64,000 bases of DNA, from positions 107,037 to 171,036 of the forward strand of contig CAKPYT010000040.1 of NCBI GenBank assembly GCA_934203075.1, read 5' to 3'. This DNA is from an uncultured Clostridia bacterium. Lineage in GTDB: Bacteria; Bacillota; Clostridia; Christensenellales; CAG-314. Shown in pieces: positions 45,431 to 54,919 of the stretch. How positions within the stretch are numbered: the first letter of the stretch is position 1; every line of letters begins with the position of its first letter. Position numbers and translations under genes: made by a program. The notes beneath the pieces were generated by a model. The model did not search any database, was not told the origin of the DNA, and saw nothing but the letters and a program-made list of their open reading frames with translations.

Positions 45431-46855
45431 TCAGGATTCCAGATTGTCGAAGAGGGAATCCAACTCTTCCTGCGTGTAATTCGTGCTTTCCGGCACAACG
45501 TCCGGTTTTTGCGGCTTTTTGGTTCCATGCTGCGCCGCAAAGCGTTCCGCCGTAAAAATGCCGTCTCTTTTGCATTGCGAAAGCGTTGCGTTGAAATACG
45601 CCATGGGGTTTTGTGCCGCGGAAGAAACGTTTGCCACCTGCAGCAGCATGGCTTGCGAGAACCCCCAGTCCTGCGTCCACAGGCGGTAGTTCGTCCGATC
45701 CTGCGTGGTGACGTTGCGGGATAAGGAAAGCGCATCCAGAACCTCGCGAATCGCACGGTCGGTTGCAATGCTTTCGCTCAGATATTGCTGAATACTTTCC
45801 ACGGTGACCAGACCCTTTTTATAAAACTTTTCTACCGTGTCGTTCATTCCCGCCAGCGTGCGGACGGAATGCCGGAAACAGTACTTTGCAATCAACTGCA
45901 GCGCTTCGGCGGAAAAGCCTTTTTGCTGCCACGGCGCAATGTATTCCTCCACAATGTAATCCAGGGACTGATAGTATACGCCGATGATTTTATTGATTTG
46001 TTTTGCCTGTTCGTAAAGCTGCGTTTTGTTTTGTTCGTAATTTTCGATTTCCTTTTGGTCTAAAAGGCCCAGACGGTAGTAGTTCCCCAGGAGGGTATCC
46101 AACCGCTGCATCGTTTTCGGTTTGGCGGAACGGACAATCTGCAGCAGAACTTCCTGCCGGAAGCCGAAAACGTTCGTCCACTTTTCGTACAGTTCCCGGT
46201 CGGAAAAGTCAATTTGCCTCCGAACGCCGAGAGCCGTCATCAGTTTTTGCAATTGCTCGTTATGCAGCGGGTGAGTGGAGAGTTTTTCGTCCACCGCTTC
46301 CAGCGTTTTTACTCCCGCATTGTTCAGGTTGTGCGCAACCGCCAGAATGTATTTGTAGCCGATGTCGTGGCCTTTGGTTTCCGCACAGTAGCGGGCCACT
46401 CTTAAAAGAGCTTCCGGCTGAAAAAAGGTAGTTTCCAAAAACAGATAGTATTCGTTAAACTCGTTCGGCGTCAGCGTGCGGTCGCACAGAATCGATTCGA
46501 TTTCCCGGTTAAACGTTTTGTATTTGGAAGGGTTCAGTTTTTTCAGAAGGTAGGTATTATCCGTGATGGGCAGATAATAAATTTCCAAGGGGGAGCGCTG
46601 CATCACCTGCACGAGGCCCAGTTCTTCCCAATAGGTGAAGGCATCCAGAACGTCGTCCTCCGTCATGTGCAGCGCTTTGCAGAACAATTCGACGTTGTTC
46701 AACGACGAGTCGTTGTGTGAGCATAAATACAAGCCGAACAAATAGGCTTCCAGACAGTTTTTCGGACTGTCCAGCATGTATTCGCTGATGAATTTATTGC
46801 TCACTACGGTATAATTGCTGTTAAACAACGATTGACTGTAACTGCAAAACGGCAT
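45431..46855 (-). CDS. DnaD-domain replication initiation / membrane attachment protein (B. subtilis DnaB/DnaD-like)
   Basis: 474 aa with repeated DnaD-type helical modules (YLFGLYL, YWEELGLV, LFLETTFFQPEALLRVARYCAE, LQLIAKYCF). Paired with the loader ATPase gene. Confidence 0.7.
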   Translation of the reverse strand: MPFCSYSQSLFNSNYTVVSNKFISEYMLDSPKNCLEAYLFGLYLCSHNDSSLNNVELFCKALHMTEDDVLDAFTYWEELGLVQVMQRSPLEIYYLPITDNTYLLKKLNPSKYKTFNREIESILCDRTLTPNEFNEYYLFLETTFFQPEALLRVARYCAETKGHDIGYKYILAVAHNLNNAGVKTLEAVDEKLSTHPLHNEQLQKLMTALGVRRQIDFSDRELYEKWTNVFGFRQEVLLQIVRSAKPKTMQRLDTLLGNYYRLGLLDQKEIENYEQNKTQLYEQAKQINKIIGVYYQSLDYIVEEYIAPWQQKGFSAEALQLIAKYCFRHSVRTLAGMNDTVEKFYKKGLVTVESIQQYLSESIATDRAIREVLDALSLSRNVTTQDRTNYRLWTQDWGFSQAMLLQVANVSSAAQNPMAYFNATLSQCKRDGIFTAERFAAQHGTKKPQKPDVVPESTNYTQEELDSLFDNLES

Positions 46856-46883
46856 GCCAATCCCCCTAAAAATATTTTTTTTG

Positions 46884-46912
46884 TTGATTTATTTTCTTAT
46901 CGATATTATAAT
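46884..46912 (+). promoter_or_regulatory. Sigma-A-type promoter for the Rad50-like gene, inside an AT-rich divergent region
   Basis: TTGATT, 17 nt, TATAAT, ~100 nt upstream of ATG 47015. Confidence 0.6.
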
Positions 46913-47014
46913 AAAAAAATACAACCGAATCTGTTGTATTAGTGTATCATTATTTTTCCAAAGAGGAAAGGCTTTTGCCTGATTTTTCGATAAAGTTTTC
47001 GGTAGGAGGAAATT

Positions 47015-50000
47015 ATGCGCCTGGTTTCATTGCAAAGTAAGGACGCCGGCACCGGTGCCGTTCGGGAGTATTCTTTTGCGTGCCCGAAACGGCAGGAATG
47101 CGTGCAGCTCTCGGCAGAGGTAAAAGAAACGCTGTTGCGATTGTTGGGAGGCGCACCCGTAAATCCGTCGGAAGAAATCTCCGCCGTGTTTGCGGATGGG
47201 GAGGAAACCTATCGTTTGTTCCGTTCTTCTGCCGATTTCGAGATTTCTGCGGGGGATCTTCTCCTGGCGGACGGTGAGCAGGCAGAAGAATGGTGGCGCG
47301 GTTTCTGCGGAAGCCCGCAGGAGTTTCTGAACGGCTGTTACCTGAGTTGGGAGGAGTTTCTTGCCTTTCGTAAAGCACCGCAGGCTTCGTTCTTCCCGGA
47401 AGTGGCAACTTTGCAGTCGCTTGCCGCTTCGGCGAAAGAAACGTCCGGCGTCTGGCAGAGCGAGTGGGAGGACGCGCGGAAAAAAGTTTCGGAAATCACG
47501 TCCGGCGAGGTGGAACTGGTCAGCGCGCAGCAAATGCGGCTTGCCACGCAGGAATGGTGCGAACATCAGGCAGAGCTGGAAGAAAAGCAGCGTGCCTATG
47601 CGGACCTGTCGGAACAGGCAGCCGAGGCGGCGCTTGCCGCGCAGTGGTTTGATCTCTATCGTCAAAGTGCGCAAAAACTAAAACAGCTGCAGGCAAACGA
47701 AGCCACGATGGCGGCAGGCCGCCTGAAAGTTGCGGAGCACGATAACGTCGAAGCCGCATTCCCCAAACTGAAAAGAATGGCGGAACTGAAGCAGAGCCTT
47801 CGGGAAGTGTCCGTCCGGCTGAAAGAGTTGCAGCAGGAATACGAGTTTTTGTCCGGCGAAAAGAAGGATTGCGAACAGTTAATTGCAGAAAAGTTGCAGG
47901 AAATGGAAGCCCTCAACGAACAGACGCGCTTGACGGACTGGCGCACGGCGGAAGAAGATTTGCCGCAGCTGCGTCGGGAAACGGAACAATTGCACGAGGA
48001 TCTGTGCGCTCTGCAGCAGCAGATGGACGACGTATCGCAAAAAAGATTGTCCGTAAACGACCGGATTGCAGAAGTCGAAAAAACGGTCGGAGATATCAAA
48101 CAGCATCTGGAAGAGATGGAAGCGCCTGCAAAATCGGTAGGGGAACTGCTCGAAATCGTGCGGTTGGGCGCAAAGATGAAAGAAATCGAGGCGCAACTGG
48201 AAAAAGCCAACAGCGACCTGCTGATTAAAGAAAGTCAGCTTGCGGAAAAACAATTGGCTGTAACGGAAGCCGGCGAAGAGTTGAAACAGATTCTGAATTT
48301 GGATAAATTGGTAACACCGCTGAAATCCAAAGAGAATTATACGAAATTTATCGAAGCAAAACTGAAAAAACTGGAGCGGATCAATGCGTCTCTTGCGGAA
48401 AAGGAGCACAATCTCGAAGCGGCTTTGGAAAAGTACGTCTTCGGAGAATTGGAAGTGAGCAATTCGTTGGAATGTCTGCAAACCGCTTTGATTCAGAAAG
48501 AATTCAATCGGGAGAACCTCCGCACGTCGAACGCCGTGGCAGAACGGTGGAATCAGTTGAAAGTGGGCGATTATTGCCCCATCTGCGGCACGCAGATTGC
48601 ACAGCAACCGTCGTTCAGCGTCACCAACGTGGAAAACCTGGAAACGGATATCGAGGAAACGAAGAGTTCCATTTTCCGGCGCACGCAGAAACTGCAGGAC
48701 GTCATTGCCAAAAAGGCAACGCTGCAGGGGGCGTTGAAAGAGATCCGGCGAAATATCGAAATCAACAACAGCGAAAGCAGCGAACTGCGCAAAGAATTGA
48801 ATAAAATCACGCAGCGTTTTTCCGAGTTGGTCAAAACCAACGAGAGCGAACAGATGCAGAATTACTTCAAAGCGCTGGATGCAAACAACGCTACGGCTTT
48901 TTTGCTGGAAATGCAAAAGGATGCGGTTCGCCAGGAGACGGAAGAACGGGAAATGCGTCGTTCGATCGATCAACTGAAAACCAAAATTTACGAGTTGAAC
49001 TCCCGCCTGAATTACCTGAACGAAACGTACGATCAGCTGGATCGGGATCGGTCATCGCTGGATTTGGTGGTAGAAACGAACGAGCAGATGAAAAGCGAAC
49101 TACTGGATATCGGCGAACGTCTCAGCGGCAATTATGCAAAGCATCTGGCCCTGGTGCAATCCGCTTCGGAACTGGATGCAAAATTGCTCGGACTGCAGAA
49201 TACCATGCAGGAGAAGATGCAGAAACTGCACTATAACGAAGACGTATTGCACGCGGCGGAGGAAAAGGGTGCGGAACGGCAGTCGCAGGGTAGTCTGGCA
49301 CAGGCAAAGCAGCACCTGAAGGAAGAATTGACGCAGACGCGTCTGCATGCGGAAGAAACAGAAGCGGCGTTGCTGCAAAATCGCGTAACGCGCGAACGTC
49401 TCGGCGTGCAGGCCGCTCAGAAGATGGAAGAGTTCCGTTTGCTGAAGGAGGAAAGCAAACCTCTATTGTGCAAACTCGGCTCCAAGGCAGAGTGGTTTGA
49501 TAAAATTGCGCAAAAAAGCGATACGGAAGAAATCGAGGCACTGCGGCAGGGCGTTTTGCGCTACGACCGCATGGTGGAAGTACTGAAAACGCAAACGGCT
49601 ACGCTGGGAATGCAGTTGCGTGAAAAGTCCGTTTCGCCGGAACAGGCCGAAGCGGTGCGGCAACGCAAGGCGGAGATGGCGCAATCTTTGGAAGAAGGCA
49701 AACGTCTGGTGGCGGTCTCCGGCGAAAAGGTGCAAACCCTTTTGGCGCAGCAGCAATACAGCGACCGGGTGAAACTGCAATTGGCGCAAGCGGCCGGCGG
49801 TTTGGAACAGGTGCAAAAAATGCAGGAAGTGCTGCAGCAATCACAGGTGTCGCAGGCGGTTCTGGAACAGCGCATCCGCGTGATTCTGAAACAGGCGGAT
49901 GTCTATCTGCGGCAGATGACGGATCGTGCCCTTTCGCTTTCCTACGACGGGGAACTGACCCTGCAAAGGGGAGCGGAAAAAATTTCGTTTTCCGCGTTGG

Positions 50001-50188
50001 ACGAATGGACGCAATACCTGGTGTATGCGGCAATGCGGTTCAGTCTGGAAAACGGTCTGCAAACGTTGAACCTCGTACTGTTTGATCCTGCAACGCCTTT
50101 CGAAAACGAAAAACTTTCGGAACTGGCGCAGTCGGTACGCAAAAACACGCTTTGCATCGGGGAACAAAAAGGCGAAAACTCCTTGTAA
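47015..50188 (+). CDS. Rad50/SbcC-architecture coiled-coil protein with central CxxC hook and degenerate ATPase motifs
   Basis: AGGAGG RBS, 1057 aa. Long heptad-rich Glu/Gln/Leu/Lys sequence on both sides of CPIC at residues 521-524. No GxxxxGK[ST] in the N-terminal globular part. The C-terminal part reads FSALDEW and LVLFDP where the ABC signature and Walker B would lie. Confidence 0.7.
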   Translation: MRLVSLQSKDAGTGAVREYSFACPKRQECVQLSAEVKETLLRLLGGAPVNPSEEISAVFADGEETYRLFRSSADFEISAGDLLLADGEQAEEWWRGFCGSPQEFLNGCYLSWEEFLAFRKAPQASFFPEVATLQSLAASAKETSGVWQSEWEDARKKVSEITSGEVELVSAQQMRLATQEWCEHQAELEEKQRAYADLSEQAAEAALAAQWFDLYRQSAQKLKQLQANEATMAAGRLKVAEHDNVEAAFPKLKRMAELKQSLREVSVRLKELQQEYEFLSGEKKDCEQLIAEKLQEMEALNEQTRLTDWRTAEEDLPQLRRETEQLHEDLCALQQQMDDVSQKRLSVNDRIAEVEKTVGDIKQHLEEMEAPAKSVGELLEIVRLGAKMKEIEAQLEKANSDLLIKESQLAEKQLAVTEAGEELKQILNLDKLVTPLKSKENYTKFIEAKLKKLERINASLAEKEHNLEAALEKYVFGELEVSNSLECLQTALIQKEFNRENLRTSNAVAERWNQLKVGDYCPICGTQIAQQPSFSVTNVENLETDIEETKSSIFRRTQKLQDVIAKKATLQGALKEIRRNIEINNSESSELRKELNKITQRFSELVKTNESEQMQNYFKALDANNATAFLLEMQKDAVRQETEEREMRRSIDQLKTKIYELNSRLNYLNETYDQLDRDRSSLDLVVETNEQMKSELLDIGERLSGNYAKHLALVQSASELDAKLLGLQNTMQEKMQKLHYNEDVLHAAEEKGAERQSQGSLAQAKQHLKEELTQTRLHAEETEAALLQNRVTRERLGVQAAQKMEEFRLLKEESKPLLCKLGSKAEWFDKIAQKSDTEEIEALRQGVLRYDRMVEVLKTQTATLGMQLREKSVSPEQAEAVRQRKAEMAQSLEEGKRLVAVSGEKVQTLLAQQQYSDRVKLQLAQAAGGLEQVQKMQEVLQQSQVSQAVLEQRIRVILKQADVYLRQMTDRALSLSYDGELTLQRGAEKISFSALDEWTQYLVYAAMRFSLENGLQTLNLVLFDPATPFENEKLSELAQSVRKNTLCIGEQKGENSL

Positions 50189-50263
50189 AAGACCTATTGA
50201 CAGATCATCCCTTTGTTTGTTATTCTGTTTGAAGATAAAAATTGAGGTATGAGGTATAAGAAT

Positions 50264-50974
50264 ATGGACGGACGCGAAAAGTTTTTTAGTTATGCATACG
50301 GCACGCGCACGGCAATGAGCAAGCTGCGCGTGGAACGTCAGCAGGTGGACGAAAGCAAAATGCTTTTGATGTCGCTTTCACACACACCGGCGATTGTCAC
50401 GGTTGGCGAGGCGGGAATCAATGCTTCCGTCAAAGGGTTCGGATTTGTGCCGAAACCGGAATATCTGGAAGAGATGTACCGGATTTATTACAATCATCTC
50501 AAAACTTATGACTTCACGCCGGGGGCGGATCACACGGAATTTCATCGCAAAGCGTATGAAATTTTATACCAAACCAAATACGCACCGGAAAACCGGGATA
50601 AGGTAGACCGCACCAGACTGATTTCGATCGAAATGGCAAAACACTACAACGTGGAACATCATCGGGACGGGGAGGTTGTGGCACATACCTATACCAATAC
50701 CGTGCACAAGGGACCGGTGGAGGCAACGCTGCTTTATTATTCTCCCTCCGTTTTGACGTACGAATTGCGCGGAAAGGTAACGTTGCACGGCTACTACGGG
50801 ATGAAAGAGGAAGAAATGGATTTGTACCAGAAGTTTGTCAATGCTCAGCACGATATGAACGGGATCCCGGTTTTTGACCGTTGGGTTCATTGGCCCGTTT
50901 ACGTGTTCGAGATCGAAGAGGTGTACGAAAACAGTATTTCGTCCGAAGAGGGCTGGGGAAAGCGTATTTTTTAG
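50264..50974 (+). CDS. Hypothetical protein (no recognisable domain)
   Basis: ATG 50264 lies 8 nt after GAGGT. 236 aa, coding-like, followed by a strong terminator. It starts 76 nt after the Rad50-like gene. Confidence 0.6.
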   Translation: MDGREKFFSYAYGTRTAMSKLRVERQQVDESKMLLMSLSHTPAIVTVGEAGINASVKGFGFVPKPEYLEEMYRIYYNHLKTYDFTPGADHTEFHRKAYEILYQTKYAPENRDKVDRTRLISIEMAKHYNVEHHRDGEVVAHTYTNTVHKGPVEATLLYYSPSVLTYELRGKVTLHGYYGMKEEEMDLYQKFVNAQHDMNGIPVFDRWVHWPVYVFEIEEVYENSISSEEGWGKRIF

Positions 50975-51004
50975 TGCCGTTTCCGGGTAAAACGATTTTA
51001 CGTG

Positions 51005-51037
51005 CGGAAGCACTGCTATGCAGTGCTTCCGTTTTTT
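51005..51037 (+). terminator. Rho-independent terminator
   Basis: CGGAAGCACTGC-TAT-GCAGTGCTTCCG perfect 12-bp stem followed by TTTTTT. Confidence 0.85.
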
Positions 51038-51185
51038 CATCGCGTACGAGCGCACGAATTTTTGAGGGTGGCGAAAAAAGAACCGTGCGGGGAGAAGGGT
51101 TCTTTCCGGGGCTGCGTCATTCTGCGCCGCATTTCGGTGCAAACGATATGGGAAAGGCGGAACGCCGGTTTTTTTGCGTTTTTTC

Positions 51186-51214
51186 TTTACAAATCGTAAA
51201 AAATAGGCTATAGT
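51186..51214 (+). promoter_or_regulatory. Promoter of the S-box/metK unit
   Basis: TTTACA, 17 nt, TATAGT, immediately upstream of the riboswitch. Confidence 0.6.
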
Positions 51215-51218
51215 GAAG

Positions 51219-51383
51219 TTACTCTATTACGAGTGTCGGAGGGAACGGACCCAAGGATGACACAGCAACCGCCCGGGGGAAAGGTGCTAAGTTCCGCAAA
51301 GTATTCTACTTTGGCAGATAGGGCAACAAAAGAATGCATTTGCAGCGTGTTGTCTTGTTCCAAAAGCAGAACAAGATTTTTTT
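51219..51383 (+). promoter_or_regulatory. SAM-I (S-box) riboswitch with intrinsic terminator
   Basis: CTCTATTACGAG...GGAGGGA..GGACCC...GCAACC...GGTGCTAA..TCC...AGATAGGG matches the S-box core and P1 pairing. The terminator TCTTGTTC-CAAAAGCA-GAACAAGA plus T7 lies at 51353..51383. metK follows. Confidence 0.85.
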
Positions 51384-51400
51384 ATACGGAGGAAACGGTG

Positions 51401-52588
51401 ATGGCAGAGGAAAGAAGATTTTTTACTTCGGAAAGCGTGACGGAGGGACATCCGGATAAGATGTGCGACCAGATTTCGGATGCGATTCTGGATGAAATTC
51501 TGGCGAAGGATCCGACGGCTCGCGTTGCGTGCGAAACGGTAGCCGCAACGGGCGTGATTATGATTGTGGGAGAAATATCCACGAGTTGTTATGTGGATAT
51601 TCCTTCCGTAGTGCGCAGGACGGTGCAGAACATCGGCTATACGCGCGCAAAATACGGGTTTGATGCTTCCACCTGTGCGGTTCTGACGTCGATCGACGAA
51701 CAGTCGAGCGACATCGCAATGGGGGTGGACGATTCCAGCGAATATAAAACGGACGGCAGCGACCCTCTGGATAAAATCGGGGCGGGCGACCAAGGGATGA
51801 TGTTCGGATTCGCCTGCGACGAAACGCCGGAATTGATGCCGCTTCCCATCATGTTGGCGCATCGTTTATCGGCACGGCTGGCAGAAGTGCGTAAGTCCGG
51901 CTTGGTCGATTATCTTCGTCCGGACGGAAAAAGTCAGGTCACGGTGGAATATGTGAACGATCGTCCCGTGCGCGTGGATGCCGTCGTTCTGAGTGCTCAG
52001 CACGCGCCGGAAGTTTCGCACGAACAGTTGGAAAAGGATTTGACGGAATTGGTGATTCGTGCCGTGATTCCGCAAACGCTGCTGGACGAAAAAACCAAAA
52101 TTTACGTGAACCCTACGGGGAAATTCGTCATCGGCGGACCGCAGGGGGACAGCGGATTAACCGGCCGCAAGATTATTGTGGATACGTACGGCGGCTATTG
52201 CCCGCACGGCGGCGGGGCCTTCAGCGGAAAAGATCCGACCAAGGTGGATCGCAGTGCCGCTTATATGGCGCGTTACGTGTGCAAAAACTTAGTGGCTGCC
52301 GGCGTTTGCCGCAAGGTGGAGCTGCAGCTCAGTTATGCCATCGGCGTGGCGAAGCCCGTGTCGATTGCCGTTAACACTTTCGGAACTTCGCAGTATTCCG
52401 ACGAACGGATTGCAGCGTTGGTGGAAAATGTGTTCGACCTGCGTCCGCAGGCAATTATCGATTGTCTGCAACTGCAGCGGCCGATTTATTCGCAAACCGC
52501 GGCTTACGGGCATTTCGGCAAAGCCGGCCTGCCCTGGGAAGAAACGAATCGTGTGGAAGAAATCCGCAAACAATTGGCAAAAGGATAA
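51401..52588 (+). CDS. metK: S-adenosylmethionine synthetase
   Basis: [39 protein letters not shown] and [16 protein letters not shown]. The ORF-track start at 51233 runs through the riboswitch. Confidence 0.95.
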   Translation: MAEERRFFTSESVTEGHPDKMCDQISDAILDEILAKDPTARVACETVAATGVIMIVGEISTSCYVDIPSVVRRTVQNIGYTRAKYGFDASTCAVLTSIDEQSSDIAMGVDDSSEYKTDGSDPLDKIGAGDQGMMFGFACDETPELMPLPIMLAHRLSARLAEVRKSGLVDYLRPDGKSQVTVEYVNDRPVRVDAVVLSAQHAPEVSHEQLEKDLTELVIRAVIPQTLLDEKTKIYVNPTGKFVIGGPQGDSGLTGRKIIVDTYGGYCPHGGGAFSGKDPTKVDRSAAYMARYVCKNLVAAGVCRKVELQLSYAIGVAKPVSIAVNTFGTSQYSDERIAALVENVFDLRPQAIIDCLQLQRPIYSQTAAYGHFGKAGLPWEETNRVEEIRKQLAKG

Positions 52589-52663
52589 CCTGCGCCGCCA
52601 TACGGCGCTTTTCAAGAGAAATCCGCAGAGGGTTTCTCTTTGTGATACCGGCGAGGCACGACA

Positions 52664-54919
52664 ATGAAAATTCGCGGAGTGGTCTCCAACATTATTTTTT
52701 ATAACGCCGAAAACGGTTATTCCGTTTTGCAGGTGCAAACGGATACCCTCGGCGAAATCACCGTTGTGGGCAATTTGCCGTTGGTTTCGGAGGGGGAAAG
52801 CATTGAGGCAGAAGGCGAGCAAACACAGCACAGCCGTTACGGCATGCAGTTTACCGTCAAAACCCTCCATATCCTCACGCCCGAAACGCCGGAAGGAATC
52901 GAACGATATCTTGCCAGCGGGCTGATCGAAGGGGTTGGTGCGGTCACGGCAAAAAATATCGTAAAAGTTTTTGGCAAGGATGCGTTAAAAGTCATTGAAA
53001 ACGATCCGGCCAGGCTGGAAGAGGTGCGGGGCATCAGTGCCGCGCGCGCAATCAAAATTTCAAATGCCTATGCCGAGCATAAAAAAATGCAAAACACCAT
53101 TATGTTTCTGCAGGAATATCAGCTGCCTCTTTCGCTCGGCATCAAAATTTATCATGCCTATCACGAAGATACCCGGCGGATTCTTACGGAAAATCCCTTC
53201 CGCCTGATTGACGACGTGGACGGGATCGGGTTCCTGACGGCAGATCGCATTGCACAGCGCATGGGCATTGCCAAAAACAGTTTGTTCCGCGTACGCGCCG
53301 GCATTGTTTACGCTCTGCGCGAAACGGGCGAAAAAGCCGGAAATACCTATGTGTATTACGACGATCTGAAACAAAAAACGCACGATCTGCTTCGGTTGGA
53401 AATGGCCGCACTGGAAGAGTCGTTCGACGCCGTGCTGGATTCTTTGCAGCTGGAGGGTTCCGTCAATCTGTTCGAACGGGATCAGCGCCCTTGCGTGGCT
53501 CTCGGACGGTTTTACTACACCGAACGCGGCGTCGCCGCGCGTATCGTGCGTCTGCAGAACGAGGTGCGCCCCGTTTCCGTTTCTCCGGACGAGATGATAG
53601 ACGAGTATTCCCGCGTGAACGGTATTCAATTGCACGAACGTCAGCGGGACGCAATCCGCAACGCCGTGCTGCAAGGGGTCACGGTCATCACGGGCGGCCC
53701 GGGGACAGGAAAAACCACAATCATCCGGGGCATTTCTTATTTGTTCGATGCCCTCGGTTTCCGTACGGAGTTTTGTTCGCCCACGGGGCGCGCCAGCAAG
53801 CGCATGACCGAAGCGGTAGGGAAGGAAGCAAAAACCATTCATCGTTTGCTCGGTTCCGACATGGCGGGGGGCAAAGTGAATTTTGCGTATAACGAGTATC
53901 ACCCGCTGAATGCGGATGCCGTCATCGTGGACGAGTTAAGCATGGTGGACGTATCCGTAATGTTCAGCCTGTTGAAAGCACTGCGCACCGGCTGCCGTTT
54001 GGTTCTGGTGGGAGATAAGGATCAGCTTCCGTCGGTCGGGGCGGGAAACGTGTTGGCGGATATTATCCGCAGCGGCATCGTACCGGTGACGTATCTGACG
54101 CAAATCTATCGTCAGTCTCAGGATAGTCTGATTGTTTCCAATGCGCATTTGATTAACGAATGTAAAATGCCGGTGATTCAGAACAACAGCAAGGACTTTT
54201 TCTTTGTGGCGCGCAGCAGTGCGGAGGAAACGGCAGAGGCCGTGGTACAGTTGGTGTGCCGGCGCCTGCCGGACTTCACGCATGCAGCGCCGAAGGACAT
54301 TCAGGTCCTCGCCCCTCTGAAAGCGGGAGCAAGCGGGGTGGAGGCGCTGAATACGTTGCTGCAGGCGGCAATCAATCCGCCGGCGCGCGGCAAACCGGAG
54401 TTTACGTCGGGAAACCGCACGTTCCGTCTGTTCGATAAGGTCATGCAAACCGTAAACGACTACGAATTGAATTGGGATCGTTACGAAAAAGGCCTTTGGG
54501 CAGAAAGCGGCTGTGGCGTGTTCAACGGGGATATCGGGTTCATTTCCGCCGTCGATCGGCTGGAGCATCTGGTCGAAATCACTTTTGAGGACGGGCGTGT
54601 CGCATCGTACAACGCAACGGACATGAATAACGTTTTGCTGGCGTATGCCATCACCATACACAAAAGCCAGGGCAGCGAGTTTGACGTAGCCGTGATCCCT
54701 CTGGTGGGCGGCCCGCCGAACATCCTCAACAAAAATCTGTTGTACACGGCAGTGACGCGCGCAAAGAAAACGGTCGTGCTGGTCGGCAGCAAAAAGAATC
54801 TTGCAATGATGGTACATAACAACTACATCGTTAATCGAAATACGTTGTTGTGTGATTTCTTGCACGAGGAGACGGAAAAGTACCAAATTCTGTTCGGAAC
54901 GGAGCAGGAGGAAGAATGA
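52664..54919 (+). CDS. recD2: ATP-dependent RecD-like DNA helicase
   Basis: N-terminal OB/HhH part, Walker A GGPGTGKTT, DELSMVD, and a C-terminal ITIHKSQGSEF...TAVTRAK. Confidence 0.9.
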   Translation: MKIRGVVSNIIFYNAENGYSVLQVQTDTLGEITVVGNLPLVSEGESIEAEGEQTQHSRYGMQFTVKTLHILTPETPEGIERYLASGLIEGVGAVTAKNIVKVFGKDALKVIENDPARLEEVRGISAARAIKISNAYAEHKKMQNTIMFLQEYQLPLSLGIKIYHAYHEDTRRILTENPFRLIDDVDGIGFLTADRIAQRMGIAKNSLFRVRAGIVYALRETGEKAGNTYVYYDDLKQKTHDLLRLEMAALEESFDAVLDSLQLEGSVNLFERDQRPCVALGRFYYTERGVAARIVRLQNEVRPVSVSPDEMIDEYSRVNGIQLHERQRDAIRNAVLQGVTVITGGPGTGKTTIIRGISYLFDALGFRTEFCSPTGRASKRMTEAVGKEAKTIHRLLGSDMAGGKVNFAYNEYHPLNADAVIVDELSMVDVSVMFSLLKALRTGCRLVLVGDKDQLPSVGAGNVLADIIRSGIVPVTYLTQIYRQSQDSLIVSNAHLINECKMPVIQNNSKDFFFVARSSAEETAEAVVQLVCRRLPDFTHAAPKDIQVLAPLKAGASGVEALNTLLQAAINPPARGKPEFTSGNRTFRLFDKVMQTVNDYELNWDRYEKGLWAESGCGVFNGDIGFISAVDRLEHLVEITFEDGRVASYNATDMNNVLLAYAITIHKSQGSEFDVAVIPLVGGPPNILNKNLLYTAVTRAKKTVVLVGSKKNLAMMVHNNYIVNRNTLLCDFLHEETEKYQILFGTEQEEE

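Noticed and set aside
47015-50974. Annotating the coiled-coil gene and its neighbour as SbcC/SbcD, or as a Lamassu- or Wadjet-type defence system.
   Set aside because: There is no Walker A, the signature and Walker B are degenerate, and there is no metallophosphatase (SbcD/Mre11) or known effector domains in the neighbour. The gene count and order do not fit those systems.
51233-51400. Upstream extension of the metK ORF.
   Set aside because: This stretch is the SAM-I riboswitch and its terminator. The conserved MetK N-terminus begins at ATG 51401, after a GGAGG RBS.
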